DNA of 64,000 nt from Camelus dromedarius (taxonomy: Eukaryota). Under the pieces are notes generated by a model. That model saw only the letters and a program-made list of their open reading frames with translations, did no database searches and was not told the origin of the DNA. Each line of letters starts with the position of its first letter. Position 1 is the first letter of the stretch. Location: positions 38,752,001-38,816,000 of the forward strand of contig NC_087447.1 in the NCBI RefSeq assembly GCF_036321535.1, written 5' to 3'. The translations under genes were made by a program, and so were the position numbers. Shown piece by piece: positions 38,529-50,829 of this stretch.

Positions 38529-39117
38529 CTAGTGAGGCAGGAAGCCTCATAAAAAGACTGGCAGGACCCCTGGGCAGGGCCGCTGCTCTCCTCCCAGCAC
38601 CATCCAGTTCCCTGGCCCAGAGGCTCTATCTCACTTTTTGCCTCTAAAGCAGCTAACTTACATCTAGAATTCTGTTGGTTCCCTGAGCTCACTTCTGATT
38701 AGTTATTTCCTTCACTCCTGTTTGGTTATTACTCTCACTTCTGATTGGTTAATACTCTCACTCCTGATTGGTTATTACTCTCACTTTTGATTGGTCCACT
38801 TCCCTAACTTCTGATTGGTCCATTTGTAGTACTTCATTTGCATGGAGCTCACTCCTGATTGGGCTATTTCTACAAAGCTTGTTCCTGGTTGGTCAACTTC
38901 TGTTGTACTTTATTTGCGTATGATGTTGCAAAGTGTAAAACTGGCAGCCTATAAAAGGCCTGTGTAAACCTACAGATGGGGTCCAGAGCTTGAAGCATTA
39001 ACTCCTCTGGGCTTGCTGGCTAATAAACCTGAGTTCTCCAACTCTCTGAGTACTGCCTGGTGTCTCACCTGGATCCAGGTTGCTGTCACAACTGACCTGT
39101 AACACCGAGCTGCAACA
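38529..39117 (+). mobile_element. Solo LTR of a different ERV family nested in gag in antisense orientation
   Basis: TSD CATT (38525-38528, 39118-39121); gag reads across it (...EAPEN.. / MVNLTF...). TATAAAA 38950-38956, AATAAA 39022-39027, ends ...TGCAACA. Confidence 0.85.
38688..38825 (+). repeat. ~23-bp tandem array (CTCACTTCTGATTGGTTATTACT-like, about 6 units) carrying CCAAT boxes
   Basis: Units start at 38688, 38711, 38734, 38757, 38780 and ~38803. ATTGG at 38744, 38767, 38790, 38814, with another at 38858. Confidence 0.9.
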
Positions 39118-40394
39118 CATTTTTTCACAACAATTTTCAGGGGCCTCAGAATCTGCATCAGCATAATGTCGGTAAGCCTGACAAATTCTTTCCAAAGATT
39201 TAGATGGGCCTTCATTTGACTTTGGCTGAGGTTCTTAGATTTTGTTCAACCTCTTTTGCTTTAGCTCCCCTTTCTAAAGCCATGCCAAGATGCATTTACA
39301 GTAGTGCTGTAATAAGGGCCTTCCTCCCTCACTGGGATCCCAGTTTGGTTCAGCTGTGGGTACTGCCAAGTGGGCTTCAGGTGAACCATGTTGGTCTGTT
39401 GGGTGAAGCTGGCCCGCTTCTTCCCTGGCCTTATCAATGACCATCCTCCTTTTATCTCCTGTAAGCATCATGTTGGAAACAATGCGCAGGGAGGGTGGTG
39501 GGTAGCAAAAATATAGGCTTTCAAAAGATCCTCCCTATAAGGAGGACTGCGATCTTTTCAATTAGACAAGTCTAAACAGCCCAGCCAGCTGGCCATTCGC
39601 CCCTACAGGATAACAGCGTGAGGGAAACTGCCCTGTGGGTGTGGCTCCTGGTCCAAACGGGGTGCCCTCTTGGGTCTTAGGTGGTGATACCAGACCAGGT
39701 CCCTGTGCCCCAGGAACTGACACAAGGTTTTCTAGTTGATCTCTGTAAGAAACCTCCTTTGGCATTGCTTCACCCATTCCAATCCTAGCTTTTAAGATTT
39801 CATTGCTTCATTTTATTTGCTTCTTGAACCCCAGTGTCAGAAACAGAGGCTGGACAGGGATGGGAGGTGGTAGAAGGGGTGTATATTGACATAACCGCCA
39901 CAGAGGCTCCGACAGCTAGCTCAGCCAGAGGAGTTCAGGTCTGAAGAAACGTGTCCTCACTCTCATTCCCTTCCTTTTCTTATTTTCCCTGATGTAATAG
40001 CACAAATGCTTGCACATAGAGGATTTTTATCATTCTTCCCTGCTTTTTCACAGATAGCTCTAACTGCAGGACTATATAGAGCTATTTATTCAAAGGCCAC
40101 CATTCCCCAGCATCTTATTGTAACTGAATCTCTCTAACCACTTTGCTTGGCATCAGCAAACCAGGCTGAATTCTGGGCTGGGGCTTTTGGTGATTTTAGC
40201 AACCAAGTGAAAATTTCTCTTCCCTCCCTGAGAATGTCCCACCCTCAGGCAAGAGCAAACAGGCTTTTTTCCCTTGTTCCTTTTCTCCATTTGACATCGG
40301 TAAAAGTTTTAAATATCACAAAAGTGATTTGGCTGTAAATAGAGAAAGGGTACCAAAACCAAGTGAAACAAAAAAATTCAAAGGACAAAAAGAA

Positions 40395-40598
40395 AGGTAG
40401 AATAGATCAGCAAGATTATACTGTACAGCACAGGGAAATATATACAAGATCTTATGGTAGCTCACAGTGACAAAAAACGTAACAATGAATATATGTATGT
40501 TCATGTATAACTGAAAAATTGTACTCAAGAATGGAATTAGACACAACATTGTAAAATGACTATAACTCAGTAAAAAAAAAGTTAAAAAAAAAAAAAAA
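40395..40598 (+). mobile_element. Short L1 3' end within the provirus leader
   Basis: Camelid L1 3' UTR with poly(A). Imperfect TSD AAAGGACAAA. Confidence 0.85.
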
Positions 40599-41275
40599 GG
40601 ACAAACAAAATCCTAAATAAACCCTCAAGTTTGGCCTTGGGGCTTTACATATACCACCAACACAGGAGACCACAAGCGACTTAATTAACACAACAAGGGC
40701 AGCAGTACACAGTACACAGGGTCCTAAGATAGCCTCCGTGTGGAGACCCAAACAGATACCCTGGCCACACATTGTTCATCTTCCTCTCAGGCATGGGTTC
40801 CTATCTAATCAGACCACTTATCCAAAAGGCACTTCAGAGGACTTTCTTTAGGGATAGTTGAAACATCCCCCATATTTAAAGACAGGAATGAAAAACAAAC
40901 AACACAAATGGCGCATATAAATGCTAGCAGCCAAAGGAACAAACGAACTGGTTCACAAATCGGGTAAAAGTCCAGCAACTATTTCCTCTCTCCAATAGGG
41001 TACCCCACTCAAATGCAAGATAAAATGATGTCTTCCAAAGAAAAAGCCCCAAACGGAGAAAAAAATAAAGCTGGCTGTACAAATGGGAACAATTTACCCT
41101 ACTGTACTGCACCCCTTGGCTCCCAAATGTGGGTTCCTTGCTCCAATTGCCAACCACTGAGGCAGCCGAGTGGGAAATTTTGAAATGACGATCCTCAGGA
41201 CAAGTGGTCCTGGCAGCTGCTAGGAATTTACCCCCAAATTCCCCAACCAGAGCCTTCTGGCCACAAGCAGCTCGT

Positions 41276-41294
41276 CTCCTGGCTGGCTTCACCA
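41276..41294 (-). other. Primer-binding site complementary to tRNA-Arg(ACG)
   Basis: Minus strand TGGTGAAGCCAGCCAGGAG(ACGA) versus expected TGGCGAGCCAGCCAGGAG(TCGA), 5 nt downstream of the LTR-terminal CA. Confidence 0.85.
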
Positions 41295-41299
41295 AAACT

Positions 41300-41731
41300 T
41301 GTTACTGAGTCCAAGCTTACACTGCTCCAAGCACAACAGGCCATTAAGTCAAGAGATGACTTGTTGGGGCGAGGAATAGAGATTTTATTCAGAAAGCCAC
41401 CAGACTGAGAAGATGGTGGTCTAGTGTCCCGAAGAACCATCTTTCTGGAGTTAGAATCCAGGTTTATTTTATACTAAAAGGGGAGGGGATAAAGTCCTGG
41501 TTCCAGATAGACTCTGGAGAGGATGTGTTAATTTTTTCCTTCTTCCAGCCATTCACAGGTGGGCCTGGTCAGGATATTTGCTGTGAGCTAAACAAAGGTA
41601 TTTTAGCTTAACGCTCATTACCTGGGAGGCAGGGTTCCCAGGGATGGGCCATTATGTACAATTTAAGCTTACAGGTAACATCCCTTTAATGATTAACTTG
41701 TAATAGATTACAAAGGTTCTTCCCTATTGTT
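41300..41731 (-). mobile_element. 5' LTR of the provirus
   Basis: Homologous to 37358-38064. On the minus strand it has a TATA box (GTATAAAA), AATAAA and terminal ...GTAACA. Confidence 0.9.
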
Positions 41732-42902
41732 CTCCATCTAGCTGAAGCTTGTTCTTGTTTAGACACAGAAGAAGAAAATATGGAATATTGTTGCTGTGGA
41801 AACAAACTTGGAAAACAACTTTTTCTTCTCCTTTATATAAATGTAGGGGGAGTCATACCTCCTGGCTAAGCTGAACATGAATACTTGTACAATGGCAGCA
41901 TCAGGCTTGCTCTTAAGGTGCTGCGTGGCAGTCAGCTGTGCGGACCATGGAACTGGCGCCACGTGCCATTCTAGCATATAATCTTTTTCACTTTGATGCA
42001 CAGTCACTGTGTTAACTGTTATTTTCAGTGTATCCTACAATGAAATTATTACATTTCAGTTGATTTGTTTGGGGATTTAAAATGTTTTAAAATCACACAC
42101 TGTAACAATTTTTCTAGAGAAAAAAACCACTTACCCATTATTTTTTAAAGTTCCTTTCATAAGTCTCTATTCTGTTTTATATATTTGAGATCAGCCCACC
42201 TAGAAAGCTTCTCTTAAGAGTCTATAGAAATATTTTCCCTTTCCTCCCATTAACTCCTACAAGAAAGGTAGTAAAAAGTAATAAAATATACTTTGTGACA
42301 TTTCTCTTTGTGGAATGATTCTTTGTCTGACCACCTTTTCTCCTGAGTAGTTACTTTACTGGAAAAAACATGTGGAAATGTTACCTTTTTTCACCTTCAT
42401 TGACCAAAAGGCTATTTTCATGTATTAAAACCTCCAATCCTATCTGATCTCTGTGGTTCTGTAGTCTGACTTTTACCATGTTGATAGATTTCCTGGCTCT
42501 CAGTCTAAGCTGTTTCTTCAGCCCAAATAGCCTTGCCTCAAAAGTTGTAAAAATGGGGAGTTTCTCATATCCTGTATGTAGGATATTTCATAATTCTAGC
42601 ATTAAAAAAAGACTTCATGACAGCACTCAAAACTCCACATGCTTTCAGGCAGCAGGTGCTCCTCATGTAATAAGTATGAAACTCGGATGTAAGCAAAATT
42701 GACAGAGGGTCGCATGCCAAGAGCTGGGAAATGCCTCTAGTTGTCTGACCAATTGACTCTCGAGAAAACTGAAAAGAAAAAACTCAATTCACAGTGTTGT
42801 TAAACAGATATATAGTGCACGTAGATAATGCAGTTTCCTTGGGGTTCTGTTCCCCTTTGCATGCTCTACACCAGCCCTGGGTGACCCTCATCCACTTTGG
42901 GG

Positions 42903-42907
<5 letters not shown>

Positions 42908-42944
<37 letters not shown>
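42908..42944 (+). repeat. (TG)n microsatellite
   Basis: Read directly. Confidence 0.95.
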
Positions 42945-42946
<2 letters not shown>

Positions 42947-42960
42947 TCTAAACATATTTT

Positions 42961-44715
42961 TTTAAAAGGAAAGAACAAATCTGACTCCATATTAAATCTG
43001 TTCCTTTGGCTTTAACCCTGTGCTTTGTTTCCTAGGCTTAGTCTTGTTGGTTCTGCACCTTTTGTAAAAGAATGTTGACTATAGCCTGAAATATATAGGA
43101 CAGCCTATTCTCAAGGCTCTGACCTTTAAGAGTATTAACACTTTGGCATTCATATAAATATAAAAAGTTGCAGAATATACAAAAATCAACTCAAAGTGGA
43201 TCAAAGACTTAAACATAAGACAAGATACAATAAACCTCCTAGAGGAAAACATAGGCAAAACATTATCTGACATACATCTCAAAAATTTTCTCCTAGTAGG
43301 AATAAAAGCAAGAATAAACAAATGGGACCTAATGAAACTTACATGCTTCTGCACAGCAAAGGAAACCATAAGTAAAACAAAAAGACAACCTACAGAATGG
43401 GAGAAAATTTTTGCAAATGAAACCGACAAAGGCTTGATCTCCAGAATATATAAGCAGCTCATATGACTCAGTAAGAAAAAAATAAACAACCCAATCCAAA
43501 AATGGGCAGAAGACCTAAACAAGCAATTCTCCAAGGAAGACATAAAAATGATCAAAAGGCACATGAAAAAATGCTCAGTATCACTAATTATCAGAGAAAT
43601 GCAAATCAAAACTACAATGAGGTATCACTTCACACCAGTCAGAATGGCCGTCATTCAAAAATCCACAAATGACAAATGCTGGAGAGGCTGTGGAGAAAGG
43701 GGAACCCTCCTACACTGCTGGTGGGAATGCAGTTTGGTGCAGCCACTGTGGAAAACAGTGTGGAGATTCCTCAAAAGACTAGGAATAGACTTACCATATG
43801 ACCCAGGAATCCCACTCCTGGGCTTATATCCAGAAGGAACCCTACTTCAGGATGACACCTGCACCCCAATGTTCATAGCAGCACTATTTACAATAGCCAA
43901 AACATGGAAACAGCCTAAATGTCCATCAACAGGTGACTGGATAAAGATGTGGTATATTTATACAATGGAATACTACTCAGCCATAAAAACAACAACATAA
44001 TGCCATTTGCAGCAACATGGATGCTCCTGGAGAATGTCATTCTAAGTGAAGTAAGCCAGAAGGAGAAAGAAAAATACCATATGAGATCGCTCATATGTGG
44101 AATCCAAAAAACACAAACACAAACCCAAACAAACAAAAAACAAAACCGTAAACACAGAACAGAAATAGACTCATAGACATAGAATACAGACTTGTGGTTG
44201 CCAAGGGGGCGGAGAGTGGGAAGGGATAGACTGGGATTTCAAAATTGTAGAATAGATAAACAAGATTATACTGTATAGCACAGGGAATCACAGAGGAAAA
44301 AATGTGATAATGAGTGTGTATATGTCCATGTATGACTGAAAAATTGTGCTGAACACTGGAATTTGACACAACATTGTAAAATGATTATAAATCAATAAAA
44401 AATGTTAAAAGAAAGAGAAAATAACATTTGTTTTGTTGGAGGTTTACAAGGACACCGTGACCTGACCCACTGGACAGCTGCAAGAACAAAGGATTCCAAC
44501 ACCAAGAAGTTTGCAACAATCACACTCCCTCCCCTTTGTAGTATAAAAGGAGCCTGAATTCTAACTTGCAGAAGATGGTTCTCCAGGATATTTGTTTGCC
44601 TTCTTCTCGGTCTGCGGGCTTTCTGAATAAAGTCATTATTCCTTGCCCCAACACTTCGTCTCCCAATTTACTGGCCTATCACGCAATGAGCAGAACGAGT
44701 TTGGGCTCAGTAACA
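42961..44715 (+). mobile_element. Solo ERV1 LTR (42961-43177 and ~44411-44715) split by an L1
   Basis: The two halves align contiguously with the LTR at 50960-51781. TATAAAA near 44542, AATAAA near 44626, ends GTAACA with no PBS. Confidence 0.88.
43178..44410 (+). mobile_element. Young camelid L1, 5'-truncated (~1.2 kb)
   Basis: ORF 43548-44000 is the L1 ORF2 C-terminus ([30 protein letters not shown]...). Nearly identical to the copy at 28490-29363. Confidence 0.95.
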
Positions 44716-44719
44716 ATTT

Positions 44720-45660
44720 CAGATTTCACCCATGAGTTTCAGATCCACACACTCAACTGTTTATCTGGACTTTCCGCAGCTACCTCGAACACAACACATG
44801 GAAAACTAAACTCACCTTTGGCCTTTCCAAATCAGCCTCCCTTCCTGCTTCAAGTCAGAAACCTGGGCATCCCAACTCCCTTCTCACCCTTGCCCAACTT
44901 TCATTTCCAAACCAAACTGGACTCACTCACTTTTCTCCATCTTTTGCCACTGCCTGGGTTAAGGCCTCCAGTTTCTCTCACCTGAGCTCCTGCAGCAGAT
45001 TCTGGGTGGACCTCCCATGTCCAGTCTTGCCATCTGTTCAGTCTCCATTGCAGCCAGAGTTCTCTCTCTAATGCACACACCTTCTCTCCCTCAACTGATT
45101 TTCTGGTCTTCCTGTTCTCCTCTGAACAAAATCCAAGCTCCTTATGATCCTTTCCATCTTTTCTCTGGTTACTTTCCAGCATCCTCTTTATCCATTCCCC
45201 ATCACATCCCACTCCAGCCGAACTGAGCATCTTTTGTTCCTTACACACACATCGTTTCTCTGACTTCTCGGTCTTTGTCCTCAGACTGCTGACAATGTCA
45301 AGACTGGGAGCTTTTAAACTACAAATAGAGAAAATCCGAGGATTTCTCTTCTGACTCTTTTTTAACAGTGAAGTGATTTCATTCACCTCCCCCTTGAACT
45401 CCAGACCCATATTTCCAACTGTCCCCCAGTACATCCTTCTTTCAGATAGCTAACAGACATCTCAAAATTAACCATGTCCAAAACTGATCTGTCAATTAAT
45501 CCCACCGTTCTCCTTAATACATATCACCACTTACACACTAGGTATTTTACTTACTTATTTTGTTTATTATCTGTCTTCCCCATTGGAAGATAAGCTCCAA
45601 CAGATGGAGTGACTTTTTCTCTTTTATTCAATAGTGAATTCCCAGAGCCTAGTCCAGTTC
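44720..45660 (+). mobile_element. L2 fragments
   Basis: L2 3' motifs (acatctcaaaattaaccatgtccaaaactga; gataagctcc...cccagagcctag). Confidence 0.55.
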
Positions 45661-45664
45661 CTGA

Positions 45665-46190
45665 CTATTATAGACTGTTATGCCCCTCCCCCAAATTCAC
45701 ATGTTGAAGCTCGATTCCACCCCTACTCCTGCACTGTGATGTTATTAGGAGGTAAGGTCTTGGGGAGGTAGTTAGGATTAGATGAGGTCATATCAGTGGG
45801 ACCCTCGTGAATGGGATCAGTGTCCCTGTAAGAGTCACAAGAGATTTTGCTTCCTCTGCTCTGTTCATTGCCGTGTGAGGATGCAATGAGAAGTAGGCAG
45901 TCTGCAATCTAGAAGGGCACCCTCACCAGAACTTGACTGTGCAGGCTCAACAACCTGAGTGCAGACTTCCAGCCTCCCAAACTGTGAGAAATAAATTTCT
46001 GAATGAATATATGTATGTTCATGTTTAACTGAAAAATTGTGCTCTGCACTGGAATTTGACACAACATTGTAAAATGACTATAACTCAATTAAAAAATGTA
46101 AAAAAAAAAAGGAAAAGAAATAAATTTCTGTTGTTTATAAGGCACCAGGTTTATGGTATTTTGTTACAGAAACCAGAAGAGACTAAGATA
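45665..46190 (+). mobile_element. MLT1A-like MaLR LTR with a nested ~115-bp L1 3' end (46002-46115)
   Basis: cccccaaattcacatgttgaagc...gacttccagcctccc...gactaagata. L1 TSD AGAAATAAATTTCTG at 45987-46001 and 46116-46130. Confidence 0.85.
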
Positions 46191-47779
46191 TCAACACTAA
46201 AGGGGACACTTGGTAGATGTTTGCTGAATGAATAAATGATCCTATAGCAACAGAATGAAGATGGATTAAACTTTACTCAGAATTCCCCAGATCTGGATAG
46301 CCAAGATGTAGTAGAAAGATCATAGATTCTGTCAGGCAGATCTGTTTAGTTGTGTGACCTAGGGTGACTCATTTAATCTCTTGGAGACATTTTTCTCATT
46401 TGATAAAATGAAGATAAGACAGCTCACAAGATTGTTGTGGGGTAATTGATATAATTGGATTTAACCATCCTGTGGGTTGGCCCTCAACAAATATTATTCA
46501 GTTCCCAACTCTTGGTTTGACAAAGACTACTGGAAGCCTTAAAAACTTGGCAAGGTTAGCAAGCGTTATCTAAAACAGACTTCAGATGAAGCGACTTAGG
46601 AATTAATCAAACTGTGTTCTATAAGGACCTCGTTTTCATAAAAGTGCTATAGCTCTTACTGGGAGGAGCAGGGTCTAGTGTGAGGGTCAATTGAAAAGCC
46701 TGTTCTTGTAAGTAGTTGCTCAAGGCATGGTCTCCTTGAGGAATTGGGGGCATGAACTCCCCTTGCCCCTTATTTCACCCAACTCACTGGGAAGTGTTTA
46801 TTTGAGACATTGTTTATGGAACTTGGAATACTGTGGCTCGCTTTTTGCACTATGCCTAATAGCTGTGCATTTATGTATAAAATTCCTTTTGCTGCACCGT
46901 GGTCAGAAGTCTTTAAAGGGGGTTAGAGTAGGAAGGGAGTTGACAACAAAGAACTGGGCCATGCAAGAAAGAGGTCCAAAGTGTCTGGAAAAATGCAGTG
47001 AAAATACAGCTTTGCCCAGTGCTTATGATTGTCAGGGCAAAATAAAATACGGTCCTCGTGTGAACTTGTTAAGGTACATTTGTGGGATGCTTTTTGCAGA
47101 CACACCGCAAGGGCACTGATATTTGTGGACATTGTAGTGACTCACAGGGACAGAGGATACTCTGCCGTGGAAGGAACTGACACATCGTTGAAGAATCATA
47201 GTCTAACACAGTTAAATGTAACCTTAGGATTCTTTTGTTTTGAAGACCAGGAAGATGAAGCAGAGACAGATGAAGTGACTGCATGGGGGGCCCACTGCTG
47301 ATAAGGTGCCAAAAGACAACTCCAATCCTGGTCTTTAGAGCCTCAGACCTGAGTCCTTTCTACACAATGTTCTTCCCGCAAAGAAAGAGAGGTCGAAAGA
47401 GGCTAAGTGACTTCAGTTTTCAATGAAATTTTTAAGGTTTTCTCAGTGGTCAGATAAAAATGCCCTAAAATAGTTCAGCATTTAATAAATGAGACAATGA
47501 ATGAAAGTATATTGTACATTATAAAACACTGCCTAACTACTGGGTGAATTTCTGATTAAATCTGTGAGGTTAATGAATAAAATGGCCCGACCAGATGGAT
47601 GTAAGCGTACAGCATCACACATCACATTTGATGGCCATCAAACACATTCAAGTGATTTTTACCTGCTTTGTCAGCTGTTCCACTGACTCTTTGTTGCTGA
47701 CTCCAGAGGAGGTAACACATAGATCACAAATTCATAAAAGAAAAATGTGCAGGAAAATTAATTTATACTCAGTGTTCTT

Positions 47780-49370
47780 TATTAAGATTTTTTTCAGTTA
47801 TAAAAAGAATTTATAAATATATTATTGTAGAACACTGGGGAAATGCAGAAAAATATAAAAGAAACAATAAAAATGACCTGCAAAACTATCCCTGAAAAAT
47901 ACTTTTAAGATACTGGTGTATTTTTTCTAAAAGATTAATATCCTATAAGTATATACTATATATGCAGCTTAAAATCCTAAGTTAGAATAATAGTTTAGTG
48001 ACTTTTTTCCATTAATCTTTAAAGATAATTGATTATATATTATTTCTTGCTACAGAACTATTATAATTTATTTATCTACCCGTTTATTGTTGGACATTTA
48101 TTTTGTTACCAAATTTTCACTATTATGAGTAATTCTGACATGAAAACAATACTTCTTGGGCCACACTTTGATTTTTAGATAGATTTCCTAGAATAGATGC
48201 CTGGAAGTTGGATTATTAGATCAAAGACTATGATAATCTTTAATGTTCTTCATAAGGATGGCTCAGTTGCTTATCAGAGAATGTGATCTATTTATCCTCG
48301 CACTAGCATGGTGTGTAAATATACATCTCACCCCACCTTTGGCACTATTATCATATAAAACATGGATGATGGGTGAAAGTTTGCTGAGAAACAGCATATT
48401 TGGATGGCCTCAAAATAAATTCCCACAAGGCGCTTAATCACCACAAAAGGAAAAAGTAACTTTATAGAAGAGGAGGCTTGCAGACACCACATTAACAGAC
48501 ATCAAAGTCAGCCTCATCAATAATGGGACAATTGATACCATGTTCCTCATAAGAGGATGCAAGAAGAAGGATACAGCCTCATTTCTGAGATATTCCTGCC
48601 AAAAATGCATAACCTGAATCTAGTCATGGGGAAACATTAGACAAACCCAAATGAAGAGACATTCAACAATAGAAATGATCTGTATTCTTAAAAAATGCCA
48701 ATGTCATGGGATTTAATGTCTTCTGGTTTCTATTGTGGTTGAATTCTGTTCCCCATTATGTTATGTAAGTGGTGTTCCTGGCATAGAGGAAAGCTACTGG
48801 ATTTTGCACAATTTTCTTGAGTGCCACCATTTTACTTATCATGAATTAATGTTAAGAGCTTTTGGCTGATTCTCCTGCAGTCTTTTAAAGATATGTAATC
48901 ATATTGTTGGCAAATAACAGTAATTTTGACTCTTCCTTTCCAATAATTTTACCTTTTATTTCTGCCTGATATTTTATTGCATCAGATGAAATTTCTGGAA
49001 CAATGCCACATAATAGTAGAGACATGTAGCATTTCTGCCTCTCTCTGGTTTTAATGGGAATGTTTCTGGTGTTTCAACATTAAGGAAGACACAGGCTGTC
49101 AATATGAGATACTGTAGGTTAGAGGGAGTATCTTCCTATTCCTAAACTTCTATGAGGATTTTTTTTTAAATCGGGCATGAATGATGAATTATAGCTGAAT
49201 GTCTCTTTGTCATCTATTGATGATATTATCCTACAGTTTTTTTCTTTTTGAGATTGTTGAACTGATGTCATTATATTAATACATTTTTCTAACGTGAATC
49301 TATACTTGCTTCCTGGAGTAAACCTGATGTAGCTGTGGTAAATAATTCTCTTAATACTTCATTTTACTAC
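47780..49370 (-). mobile_element. Old L1M(E/4)-type fragments with an embedded L1MC-like piece (~48370-48710)
   Basis: Decayed L1 ORF2 antisense text. Continues at ~52280-53560. Confidence 0.55.
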
Positions 49371-49411
49371 CCTCTTTCGTCCTTTTGCAACTCTGTGGTG
49401 GATTTTATATA

Positions 49412-50010
49412 TTGTATCAACTTAGTTTAGCTGGGGCTGTTTCCAGAATTGCCTTCTGTGCATAGTTCTGGGTGAGCTGGACCACAAGAGACAGCTGAGA
49501 CTGGGAAGGGGAGTGAAGTGGGAGCTAGTCTCATATACTGATAGTTTGCTGCCAGGGACGAGGCATTGATGCCTCTCAGAGTGCTGTCACTGCCCTGCGG
49601 ACTCTCCTCATTGGGGTGGGACGGCAGCTGGACCACAGCAACCTGAGTTCCTGGTTGCCAGCATCTTCAGCTTCACTGACTCCTGGGCTGGATACATTTC
49701 AGCTCTGTGAGAAGGGTGCCAGTTTCTCCTACAAAGCCCCCATCATCAAAATTGGAGACTTGGGGGCAGTGAGAGCCTGATGTAGGGTCCAGTCTGTCTT
49801 TGCAGGCTCCAGTTCTTGCTGCCCCACCTCACGTCCCTCCTTTCCTCGTTGCCTGTTTTGCTAACTTCAGGCTCCAGATCCAGACACGGAAGCAACAGCC
49901 ATATAGAAATTGTTTAACTGGCTCCCACAACTGCAAGAGGTCTCATCTGTATAACATATCCCTATGTTATACATCTCCTAGGGGTTCTCCTCTGACCAGT
50001 TCCTGATTGA
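49412..50010. mobile_element. ERVL LTR (LTR41/LTR33-group-like)
   Basis: tgtatcaacttag...tttccagaattgccttctgtgcatagttctggg start. Confidence 0.5.
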
Positions 50011-50166
50011 AGCACCGTTCATAAGTGAGACAGTCTAAATACGTTCTCATTGTTCTTTGTTGGCTCCTCTGAGAGAGGAGGTGCCTGCTCAGCCCTGCTC
50101 TGTGCTCCAAGACTAATCTTTACAGACAGGGGCTCATTTGCTCTCTGGCTTCTCCTAGGCTTGGTC

Positions 50167-50829
50167 TGTGAGACAGGGGGGAAGAGGGCAGGGCATAGAC
50201 ATTCAAGGAATGACACAGCAATTAACACCAAAATGGTGGAAGATTCAACTCCCAGTATGCCTTGAAGCTCAAGATGGCAGGAGATTTGACTTCCAGTAGA
50301 ACTTGAGCTTCATTATACGCTCGTTGAAATATATTAGCAAGATAAATAACATACTCACAGGCTCCATGACAGTTCCAAGGCTAGCCACAAAAGGTCAAAG
50401 AGTGGGCAGTGGCCCAATTCCTGGGAATCCCAGTCCCTACCCCAGGGTAGTTGGAATGGTCTTCCCACTTGTTGGCGGGTGAAGCTACCAAGCCCATAAA
50501 AACTGGCGACACCATGCCTCGTGGCCTCTCTCGCTCCCTCGTCTTAGGAGTCGGCCCACAGTCTGTCTGTGGAGTGTGTATCTACTTTTACTTTAACCTG
50601 AGCACCCAACCCCCACACCTCGTGGCCTTTCTCTAACCTTCTGGAACAGCCTACACTCTATGCAGTATGTATCTCTCTAAATAAATCTATCTTTCTCAAC
50701 TGTGGCTTGCTCTTGAATTCTTTCCTGCGCGAAACCAAGGACCCACACTTGGCGGGGCACGTCCCAGAGACTCAGCCGAGACCCTGAACACGGCCCTCCT
50801 CATGCCCCACATTTGTTTTTCCTGTATCA
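50167..50829 (+). mobile_element. MER41-like ERV1 solo LTR inserted in an LTR33-like remnant
   Basis: caagatggcaggagatttgac; ccatgacagtt; aataaatc...tcttgaattctttcctgcgcgaaaccaaggaccc; ends ctgtatca. Confidence 0.7.

Larger units (their letters stand above)
38065..40270 (-). pseudogene. gag: Decayed retroviral gag (MA, CA, NC) plus the first codons of protease
   Basis: MA-like WPLN...LQLEL...YVQAF (~40004-40110). CA-like LTGDKRRMVIDKAREEA...PNWDPSEGGRPLLQHYCKCILAWL and major-homology-region LERICQAYRHYADADSEAPEN. CCHC knuckle CAYCKEEEHWKKDC at 38234-38275. Protease N-terminus PVSPQEPWVKLTVGN at 38065-38109. Multiple stops and frameshifts. Confidence 0.9.
37358..41731 (-). mobile_element. Class I (gammaretrovirus-like, ERV1) provirus with gag only; pol and env deleted
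   Basis: Two homologous direct LTRs (37358-38064 and 41300-41731), 4-bp TSD CTCC (37354-37357, 41732-41735), PBS next to the 5' LTR and gag motifs in between. Confidence 0.92.

Noticed and set aside
38688..38825. Regularly spaced ~23-bp repeats superficially like a CRISPR array
   Set aside because: They are contiguous tandem units without unique spacers, inside a mammalian LTR U3.
43548..44000. 150-aa ORF (and similar at 28829-29263, 11012-11281)
   Set aside because: C-terminal L1 ORF2 fragments of 5'-truncated copies, not host genes.
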